Shown here: positions 53,911-64,000 of the stretch, one piece after another | Layout of the letters: each line of letters starts with the position of its first letter | Position numbering within the stretch: the stretch's first letter is position 1 | Assembly: GCA_951406725.2 (NCBI GenBank) | Contig: OX597824.1 | Coordinates: 58,342,001 to 58,406,000, forward strand | Direction of reading: 5' to 3' | Origin: Octopus vulgaris | Taxonomy: Eukaryota | DNA: 64,000 nucleotides | Made by a program: the position numbers and the translations under genes | The notes under the pieces: model-generated | What the model was told of the DNA's origin: nothing | Seen by the model: the letters and a program-made list of their open reading frames with translations, nothing else | Database searches by the model: none

Positions 53911-54407
53911 TGCCAGCTTACACATATTTGCATGGATGCATGTATTAAATTGCATCTATATATGTCTGCATGTATTTGTGTATAAATGTATGTATATGAA
54001 TGTATGTATGCCTTCATTTATGAAAACATATATATGTGGGTTTCATGGAATAATAAACTCAAATTCAAATAGAACTACACAAAACAGGGATTCATCTGTC
54101 TGCAGGAATGAATTATTTTTCTACACATGTATATATATTTATGTAGGCACCAACGGATGATAGCAAAGTTTTGGCTGAATGGAGATATCGCGCCAGAAAG
54201 ACGCCGGTTCCACTAAACTAGTCGCTGCTGAACTGTAGCTTCTCTGCAGCGGCTCTTTTCAGATATATTCAGATATATATACATACATACGTAGATACAT
54301 TAGATACACACATGTATGTATGTATGTATGTATGTATGTATGTATGTATGTATGTATGTATGTATGTATGTATGTATGTATGTATGTATACAGATGTATG
54401 TATATAT

Positions 54408-54442
<35 letters not shown>

Positions 54443-54517
54443 TATATATATATATCTGTATATATATATATATATCTGTATATATATATCTGTATATATA
54501 TATATATCTGTATGTGG

Positions 54518-54559
<42 letters not shown>

Positions 54560-54852
54560 TTAGATGTGTTTAAGCATGCATATATTAGAATATATATGTA
54601 TACTTTTATACGAACATCTATGTGTATTCGTGCAAATATATATACATAAAATTATATGTATATATATATATTTACATATATATGTATATACATATATAAG
54701 TACATGTAAACATATATGTATACATATAACTGTATACACCGACGTATATATATGTGCGTGTGTATGTATGTGTTTATCTATCTATCAATCTATCTATCTA
54801 TCTATATATATATATATATATATGTGCGTGTATATGTGCATGTTTGTGTGTG

Positions 54853-54931
<79 letters not shown>

Positions 54932-55264
54932 GTATCTATCTATCTAAATATATATATATATATATATATAAACACACAATGGTGTATGTTTGTTTTACTT
55001 TGTACGTGTGTACGCGCTTCCTAGCGTCTACTGAAAATATTTTACTTAATGAGTGCTTTTATGTAGAGTTGTTTATAGGTGCATGTATAATTGTAGGAAA
55101 CATGCGTGGGAAACCCTTTTATTTTGGCATCCCTCTTGCTATTTTTCCTCGCTTGCGACATTATTATTATTGTCGTTGTTGTTATTATTTTATTATTATT
55201 ATTATGAATAGTATTATTGCTGCTGCTGCTACTACTTCTACTTCTACTACTGCTGCTGCTGCTG

Positions 55265-55340
<76 letters not shown>

Positions 55341-55807
55341 CACTACCACCACCAGCACACTACAACCGCCATTATTATTATTCGCGTATTGTTGAATGTC
55401 TTTTTGTTTGTTTTTCATTCGTTTAAGCCATTATTTGTGTTTTATACTCCTTTTTGATTTTCTGTACACGATGTTGTTGTTATTGTTTTGTAGTTTTGAT
55501 GAGATTATTGTGTAGCTGTGTTCTTTTTAGAGATGTTGTTTTGATGTTGTGCTTCAGAAGAATTACATCTGCAGTGTTAGAAGTTTTAGTTTACTATAGA
55601 TATTCCCATTAGAGAAAGACGTAAGCCCCAAAATAAAAAAAAAGAAAAGAAAGAAAAGAGGTGTATTTGGGAAGATGACAGATGTGGGATTTCACATTGC
55701 AGCTCTTGTATTTGCTGGGCTTATTTTGGTTAAGAAATCACAGTTTCTAAGATTCTTTTTCGTTTTAAAGACACCAGTGTAAAATGTAGTATGGATGTCA
55801 ACATAAG

Positions 55808-56168
55808 CAGGTGTGGCTACGGGGTAAGAAGCTTGCTTCCAAACCACATGTTTCCGGGTTCAGTCCCATTATGTGGTACCTATTTCTTTACTACCCACAA
55901 GGGGCTAAACACAAAGAGGACAAACAAGGACAGACAAACGGATTAAGTCGATTATATCGACCCCAGTGGTACTTATTTAATCGACTCCGAAAGGATGAAA
56001 GGCAAAGTCGACCTCGGCGGAATTTGAACTCAGAACGTAATGGCAGACGAAATTCCGCTAAGCATTTCGCCCGGTGTGCTAACGTTTCTGCCAGCTCGCC
56101 TTGAGCCGACCAAAGCATTGTGAGTAAATCTGATTGACGGAAACTGAAAGAAGCCCAACGTATGTATG

Positions 56169-56219
<51 letters not shown>

Positions 56220-56410
56220 ACGTCGTGCACATGTGTGTGTGTGTCTTTGAGTTTGTATTTCTACCCCCACCAACACGTCTTGGTATGTTTACGTCCCCGA
56301 AACTTAGCTTGAGAAAAAAAGAAATGATACTGGGGTCGATTCATTTTACTAAAAATTCTTTAAGACAGTGCCCCTGCATGACCTCAGTCTAATGACTGAA
56401 ACAAGTAAAA
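55808..56410 (+). mobile_element. SINE family B interrupted by an inverted SINE A
   Basis: Family-B head at 55808-55880, resuming at GAGCCGACCAAAGC (56103). Tail ends GACTGAAACAAGTAAAA. Confidence 0.8.
55881..56101 (-). mobile_element. SINE family A, alternative-tail subfamily, nested
   Basis: Clean family-A head and body, but the tail is reverse complement of TACCCACAAGGGGCTAAACACAAAGAGGACAAACAAGG. Confidence 0.85.
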
Positions 56411-56688
56411 TAGAAAAGTATAAAAGATACAATTTCAAAAACAATATTGAATTCGTAGATTTCAAAGTCAGCATAGAACTGTGATATATAAACTTCTTAA
56501 TTATCGGACTTTATTACTAATAAATTATATCTTAATTAGTTTATATGAGTCATAAGCGTCAAGCTCTATGATTGCAGGTTCTATGAGCCATAGTATATAT
56601 GAGTCATTAACACTAAGTTCTAAGGTGAATCTTATCATATGACGTGGGCCGATGTTATAAGAAGTCTTTTTGTATTATACAGACTATA

Positions 56689-56760
<72 letters not shown>

Positions 56761-57139
56761 ACACACACACACACACATATATAAATACACACATACATAC
56801 ATATATACATACATACGTATTCATGGTGTAAGAATTATCTGAGGACATATTTGTTTATCTAATAAAACAACTCTATTCTAGCAAAGACCCAGTTCAATTT
56901 AATAAAACGTTAGTGCATGTGTTGTCGATAAACATTCTCATAAGACTATCGTATCAATCTTCCTTCAGCTTCGATGACTAATAAACCGTCTGTGCATTTT
57001 GACTGCTATTTCAATCACCCTGTAATACCTAGGATAAATGTCCTTTATTCAATGTTTAGTTTGGATCTATTTCTTACCAGTAATAGCTTTATCGTATCAT
57101 CATCATCTCCCCACTCCCATTCCCCCTCCTCCTCCTCCT

Positions 57140-57318
<179 letters not shown>

Positions 57319-57688
57319 TAACGGCTCGTATGCAGGTTGCGTTTTAAAATATTCAATCATGCGGCATTGGCCAGCCCGGAATAATACATGCAACAAATTT
57401 CAGATTGTGCTCTGAGGTGGGGTTGAACACAAAAACACATGATTTCAAAACATACTTCTTAACTACACTTCAATGGCTTCAAGAAAAGCAAAAAATCTGT
57501 AACCGTCTTTAACCCCCTTCCCCAAAGTGCATATAGGACTTCATTGTGGAGTACGTTCTTTATTCCTATTCAGGCAGGATAGGATGCTGTTTGAAAATTT
57601 GAGTGTAAATTGAAGTCGCAGTTTTGAGTGCTTCGAACCTGTCCGTCAGAGCAATATAACAGGGCACCGTTCAACCTATTTCTGTGTG

Positions 57689-57723
<35 letters not shown>

Positions 57724-57749
57724 GGAGAGAGAGAGAGTATATCCAAGAA

Positions 57750-60700
57750 AAGAAGATGAACAAACACAAAAAACAACAACGCAAGGACCTGGTTCATGTA
57801 AAGTATCAGCAGACTCTCAAGGAAGGAAAGAAAGATGGCTTAAAGTTTCGAGCAACGCTCTTCAGAAACAGAGTAATGGAAGACGGAGGAAGAAAATCGC
57901 CAACGATAAAACATGTGGTTACATTTTGAAATGACCGGAAGGGAATGAGTGAAGAAAAAGTTCTTCCAGGAGAGTGTAAGAGAAGGAGGTATGTATGTGT
58001 ATAAATGGGTATGTGCGTGTGCGCAAGTCTATGTGTGTGTGCAATAGCACGTCTATATGTGTAATAGCACGTCTGCGTGCGTATGTGCGTTTATGTGTTG
58101 TATGTGTGGGATGTGCGTGTGGTTTTGGCTGTTTATATATGTATGTGAGGGTGAACTTTGTGTCTCTTAATATTGTAGGAAGAATTCAGCAGCGCGGTAA
58201 CAGGATTGGCGGTCTTTTTTGTAGCTGTGTGGCTCTTCACAAATGCGTAGAGGAATGGTCAGTAGAAAGGTGTTTGACTGGCAGTTTGAAGTATGTGTGT
58301 GCGTATGTATGTATGTGTGTGCGTGTTGTCTGTGTGTGTTTTCTGTGTAGTGTGTGCGTGTATGCGTGTATGAGTATGTTTATGTGCGTATGTGTATGTG
58401 TGTGTGGGGATGTGCGTGTGGAGTAAATGTGTGCTCCTATGTGTGTGTGCGTGTTTATACGTGTTTGTGCGTGTATGTGCATGTGTGGGAGGTTGTGTGA
58501 GTGTAGTAAATGTGTATCCCTGTGTGAGTGTGCGTGAGTGTCCGTGAGTATCCGTGCGTGCTTGTGTGTTCATGTATGTGCGTGTGTGTATATGCCCATC
58601 TATGAATAATTTTTTGCGTGTATGTATGAGTGTGAGTATATGCATGTGTATGTGTGTGCATGTGTGTATGCGTTAGTGTGTGTATGTATGTGTGTGTGTA
58701 TTTTGTGTGTAGTGTATGCATGGGTCTATGTGTGTATGTGTGTGCATGTGTGTCTATGTGCGTGTGTGTATATGTGTGCGTGGGGCTGTGTGTGGGGTTG
58801 TGTGTGGAGTATATGTGCGTTCCTGTGTGCGCGCGTGCGTTTGTATGTGCGTGTGTGTGCGTGTGTGTGTGCGTGTATCTGCGTGTGTCTATATATGCCC
58901 ATGTATGTGTAATTGTGTGCGTGTAAGTATGTATGTGCGTGTGTGTATGTGCGTTTGCGTTTGCACGTGCGTGTGCCCGTGTGTATGCGTGTGTGTGTGT
59001 GCGCGCATGCATGTGTGTGTTGTGTGTGTGCATGCATGTGCGTGTTGTGTGTGTGTGTGGTGTGTGGGCGGTATATGTGAGGTATATGTGGATTGATGTA
59101 TGTGAACGTGCCTGTAAGTGTGCGTGTGAGTACGTATGCGTGTGTGTATGTGAGTGTACGCGTGGGGTTGTGTTATGGGAAGGTACATGTGCGTCCCTGT
59201 GTGCGAGGGTGTGTGTGTGCGTGCGTGTGTATGTGCAGCTGTGTGTGTGTATGTGTGTATGTGGAAAAGAAGGGAAAGGGGTGTAGTTAGGGGATCGATG
59301 TGGGGAAGGGGAGAGGGCGGTGGTGCGATCGATTAGACGAGTACGGGCACAGGCTGTTTGGACAAGGGTTGAGGAGTATCCTCGACGCATGAACAGAAGG
59401 GCAAAGTACAGGAACTGGGTCTCGAAATCCTGGTCCCAGTTGCATAAGCGTCGGAGGTGGAGGAAGTGGGAGTATGTGTGTGCGTGTATGTGTGTGTATG
59501 TATGTGAAAGTGTGTGTGTTGTGGGTATGAGTGTGGTGTGTGTGTAGGTGGTATATGTGCGTTTATGTGTGTCCGCGGCTGCGTGTAGTTTTGCGTGTGT
59601 GTGTATATGTACATGTGTGTATGCATGTGTGCGTGTATACATAAATAAACTAAAATATAATAAAATAAGATCGATAAATAAAGGGGGAATGGGGGAAAGT
59701 GTGCAAGGTGTAATTTTTTTAAAATTAACAGATTCAAGATAAAATATAAAAAATAAAATAAAAAAGGGATAAAATAGAAATTATAAAAAATGCAATTTAA
59801 AAGTTAACCAGTTCGACAAAAAGAGGACGATAAAAATCGATGAAAGGGTAACAGTGTAAAAAAGTACGTGAGTATAAGAGAGAATAAAAATACAATGCTG
59901 CTTTTTCAAGCAGTTTGTAGAGACAGTCGTTAAGTGGAGGGGGTTGTGTTGAGTCCGAAAGGACTTTGTTTTTGTAGACTGAAAATATAATGCTGTTCCA
60001 GGCGGAGTCTTGACTCTGTGGGTCCGTGGTGTAGGGTGAGGCTAAAGACGGAAATGACGGGCGACGGGAGGTGTTCTTGCGTAGCCGAACATCTCTTTGG
60101 TGTTCGGTGAACCGGCCAGCTAGCTGGAAGCGGCTCGGCTGACCAACGTAGAGTTTATTACAGAGATTACATCTAATGCAATAAATAAGGCTTGAAGAGG
60201 TGCAGGAGAAGGAGTTTCTAAGGTGGGGAGTGTGCTGGCTGGATCCAGTGAGGGAGGTGGTGTTGGTGATGAAAAGGCAGGTGTGACAGATCTGGGTAGC
60301 GCTGGGGGGAAGAGAAGAAGGTGCTACGGACCAGTAGATTGCGTAGGTTACGAGCGCGTTTAAAGGAGGACAAGGGTAGGTGGGGAAAATGGGGTGGGTG
60401 GTGAGATATAGCTGGAGACGATGGAAGGCCCGAAGGGTCCTCCGACGAGGGGTAGGCTGGAGGAGTGGAAAAGAAGGGAAAGGGGTGTAGTTAGGGGATT
60501 GATGTGGGGAAGGGGAGAGGGCGGTGGTGCGATCGATTAGACGAGTACGGGCACAGGCTGTTTGGACAAGGGTTGAGGAGTATCCTCGATGCATGAACAG
60601 GATGGCAAAGTACTGGAACTGGGTTTCGAAATCCTGGTCCCAGTTGCATAAGCGTCGGAGGTGGAGGAAGTGGGAGTATGGGATGGCCCGTTTGGTGAGG

Positions 60701-61170
60701 GAGGGATGGGAGGAAGAGAAGTTGAGGTAGAGGTGGGAATCTGTGGGTTTGAAGAAGTCAGAGGTGGTGAGAGAATGGGAAGGGAGGTCAATGGTAAGAG
60801 AGATACCAAGGATGTTAACTGAAGTGTTAGAGATGGTAGAGGTAAATTGGAGAGAAGAGTGAAAATTAGAGAGGAAAGAGATGAAGAGTTAGATTTGTTC
60901 GCGGGAGAGGGATGTGGCGCCTATACAGTCGTCTATGTAGCGACCGAATAGCTCTGGGGTCGGCCCGGAGAATTATTATCGGGAGAATAATTGGGCCTCA
61001 ATGTGACCAACAAATAGGTTTGCGAAATTGGGGACCATGCTCGTTCCCATATTGACCTCAGATTAATGTTGGTAGGTCTCCCCAGCGAACGTAAAACTGT
61101 TGAGAGTGAGGACGAGCTCTGCCAGACGGAAAAGGGTTGAGGTGTTGGGTGTGGAGTCAGGACGCCAGTC
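57750..61170 (-). mobile_element. Penelope-like element (YIDD RT, Zn-finger GIY-YIG; Neptune-type), 5'-truncated and decayed
   Basis: RLAELVLTLNSFTFAGETYQH, GPTPELFGRYIDDCIGA, YSHFLHLRRLC..F..RGYS, and QICHTC..SFSCTSSSLIYCIRCNLCNKLYVGQ..RFTEH. Long CA-rich 3' region and a terminal HHR-like motif. Confidence 0.9.
57838..57870 (-). ncRNA. Minimal hammerhead-like motif, degenerate
   Basis: Reverse complement TTT-CTGAA-GAGC GTT GCTC-GAAAC-TTTAAG. Counterpart of 30587-30620, apparently with a short deletion. Confidence 0.4.
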
Positions 61171-62090
61171 GATATATATATATATATATATATCAATATG
61201 TCTGTCTACATAGAGATATATATCGATACCTCTATGTTTGTTGTGTATACATATCATACATACATACACACGTATACGTACATACATATATACACGCATA
61301 CACACATATACAAGCACACACACACGTACATACATGCATACATATGTGCATACTGTTTTCATCCTCTTTGTCCTGTCTTCTATTTTCTCTGCGTCTGTTG
61401 TTGTTGACGTGTTCACATTATAACAACAACAGTAACAACTACAACATATATGAAATCATTCTTTCCGCTCTGGGAATATATTGTTATACACTCAACAGAC
61501 ATATTTGTCTTGGATCCATTTTCATGTCGTTGATGAGGATCTACAGCATTTGATTTATTCATTTGACATATATCTATATCTAAACAACAGCAAGTATCTT
61601 TATTTCTCTCTAAATTCTGTAATATTAACAAATTTCCCCTCTTTCTTACAATCGAATATAACACTATCTAACCATTTTTATTAGCATTATTTCACTATTA
61701 TATTACTCCAATTAATTTCTTTCCCTGCTCCGCGATTTTCTGTCTACTTATATAAATAAATCGAATCTACCCACACTTCCTATCCCAGGTATTTTTCTTT
61801 TTTAATTTTTAACCATTTTTAATTTCAAATATTTTTTCATTGTACACCACTCATAACTGTCAATCCCACTGGATGCTTATTCTTTATATGTATACGATTA
61901 TGTTTGCGTGCATATGTATGCTCGTTTTTCATGTGTGTGCGTGTATGTATGTGTATATATTATATGTGTGTGCGCATTTTGCTTTTTTGTATACACGCAC
62001 ACACATATATATATATATATATGTATATCTGTATGTGTGTGTATGTTTATATGGATATGCGTATATGTATGAGCGTATGTATGTGTTTAT

Positions 62091-62153
<63 letters not shown>

Positions 62154-62510
62154 TTGTGTGTATATGTGACTATATCTGCCTTGCATGTTTATTGATATTT
62201 ATATAATTTAATTTATTCCTCATGATATAAACTTATATGGTATGTGTTTCACAATATTACCTATACCCCTATAGAGAGAACGCTTTAATTTTTCATACTT
62301 ATTATTTCTAAATATCCGTATGCTAAACCAGTTTTAGTTCATACACAACTAAACCCAACACTACATAACCATGCTTTTATATTTTATATTTCATCTTTCA
62401 CATTCTTTTTATTAATATCCGAATGAGTTATCTGACACGGACTCAATGCAGTATCCTGTATCAACATATTTCTTCTTCTGTTACGACTTTTCTGATATTT
62501 TCTTCTTTTT

Positions 62511-62620
62511 TTTTGTCCTGACGAGAATGGTAATATGTAATTAAATTAATTATAATCAATCTAATCTCTTCCATGTTTCTTACTTGTTGGTGTTACCATT
62601 TGAAACGATCGTATGCAAGG
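62511..62620 (+). ncRNA. Type I hammerhead ribozyme with long stem II and large loop
   Basis: CTGACGA(62518-24)-GAATGGTAATA..55 nt..TGTTACCATTT-GAA-ACGATCGT-A. Stem I (TTTTGTC/TGCAAGG) is weak. AATAAA follows directly. Confidence 0.7.
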
Positions 62621-62860
62621 AATAAAATGTTATCAAAGTTTTAACATCTTCATTTCTCCATCTGTGATTTTTTGTTGAGTTGATATAGGACTGTTTTCTA
62701 TAAATGCTCATAATATAACTTATACTTGTATAATTTTCATATTTTTAATAAAATAATTGCAATAACAAGCTACAAATTTAATATGAAAAATCTTTATTAG
62801 AAATCTAACTTTGGACCCCGCGAAGTAAACTGTTCTAATTGAACTCAACCTTTCTCTTAA

Positions 62861-62953
<93 letters not shown>

Positions 62954-62954
<1 letters not shown>

Positions 62955-63348
62955 TAGCAGTATCGCCCGGCGTTGCTCGGGTTTGTAAGGGAAATAATTA
63001 TATAAGCATTTTTAGAGATGTAAAGTATAATAGCCATCTCAATATGGCTAACCACAAAGAGGGAGGGATGTTACTGTAGCTTTTTACGTTCTGAGATTTA
63101 ATAATACATTTTAGAGAGTTACTTCCCTTATATATGTCAAAAATGGATTAAAAATGGGAAAAATTGATGGTAAATTTTTTTTTAAATCGTAGACTCATCG
63201 TAGACGCGCGCTAATACCCAGACGGTCTCGATATGAATCACGACTATAAGATACCCGGTTTTGGTTAAACTGCACCGCAAAATGTGGGAGTAGTTAGGAA
63301 TCTAAATCGTAGGAGACAGACACACAACCTCACTTTTATATATAAAGA
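62954..63348 (-). mobile_element. Non-autonomous Helitron
   Basis: Minus strand has an A|TCTTTATATATAAAAG start, subterminal hairpin CCCGAGCAACGCCGGG, and CTAG|T end. All Helitron hallmarks are present, including the AT insertion site. Confidence 0.85.
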
Positions 63349-63448
63349 TTTCCTCTATTTACATAATATTGAGGTCTCTTTCTTTCTTTTGTTATCTTAC
63401 TGTTTTTACCAATATACATATATATATATATATATAAATATATATATA

Positions 63449-63771
63449 GTTACAGAGATGTACTTGCATAGCAAGTGACTTGATCTGAGATCGTGTGCTG
63501 GAACGAAAACAGTTGCAGCGTTGAAGGTGTTTATAAGCCATTTAAGAAACACACAAAAACCGTTAGATTCACTTCAACATTTAAATTAAATTTGTCAAAA
63601 TATTTTCGTCGCTTTGAGACCGCGACCTGTTAGCACGATATTTTTGTCAGTGAACAGGTCGCGGTCTCAAAGCGACGAAAATATTTTGGCAAATTAAATT
63701 TAAATGTTGAAGTGAATGTAACGGTTTTTGTGTGTTTCTTAAATGGCTTACAAACACCTTCCACGCTGCAA
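63449..63771. mobile_element. Foldback mini-element in (TA)n carrying a variant hammerhead
   Basis: Inverted arms of about 119 bp (63513-63631 and 63653-63771), TA-repeat flanks, and a second copy at 49732. Confidence 0.85.
63643..63693 (+). ncRNA. Type I hammerhead ribozyme variant with G3-C8 core
   Basis: TTTGTCA-GTGAACA-G-GTCGC GGTCTCAAA GCGAC-GAA-AATATT-T-TGGCAAA. Confidence 0.65.
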
Positions 63772-63849
63772 TATATATATACACACATATATATATATGT
63801 ATGTATGTATGTATGTGTGTATATGTGTATGCATATATGTGTGTGTGTG

Positions 63850-64000
63850 TGCGTGTCTGTGCTTGTGATTGTCCTCCACCACTGCTTGACAACGAATGTT
63901 GGTTTGTTTACATCCCTGTCACCTAGTGGTTTGACAAAGGAATCAGATAGAATAAGTACAATGCTTACAAAAATAAAACTGGAGTTGATTCATTAAACTA
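63850..64000 (+). mobile_element. SINE family B, 3' half
   Basis: CCACTGCTTGACAAC...GATAGAATAAGTAC, as in the other family-B tails. Confidence 0.65.

Noticed and set aside
58455-59642. 395-aa His/Thr-rich ORF and the many [12 protein letters not shown]/poly-I/N/E ORFs
   Set aside because: These are translations of stop-free microsatellites. The only real segment is the duplicated PLE piece.

Overview
This 64 kb window is AT-rich, microsatellite-saturated animal DNA. Its SINE families and repeat landscape look like an octopus (coleoid cephalopod) genome, which is an inference. I found no supportable host protein-coding exon: most track ORFs are translations of (CA)n/(TA)n/(TAA)n/(TATG)n repeats, and the rest are transposon relics. 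Contents: (i) several Penelope-like retroelements (PLEs), including a near-complete YRDD-type RT + GIY-YIG element (11351-15490, minus) and a YIDD/Neptune-type element (about 57750-61170, minus); (ii) three mariner and two Tc1 relics; (iii) Tx1/L1-, RTE-, CR1/Jockey-, Hero- and R4/Dong-like LINE fragments; (iv) two non-autonomous Helitrons; (v) three tRNA-SINE families. The most notable signal is a set of at least six different type I hammerhead ribozyme (HHR) motifs read directly from the sequence. Most have a palindromic stem III, and several have large loop-2 insertions. One sits in a (TA)n-embedded foldback mini-element with a swapped G3-C8 core pair (GUGAACA, 63643-63693). Another sits in a non-coding unit of about 444 nt whose inverted arm reads through its own end-to-start junction, suggesting a retrozyme-like circular or tandem template (10381-11112). 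Boundaries of degenerate repeats are approximate, and all family and clade assignments come from motif recognition, not database searches.
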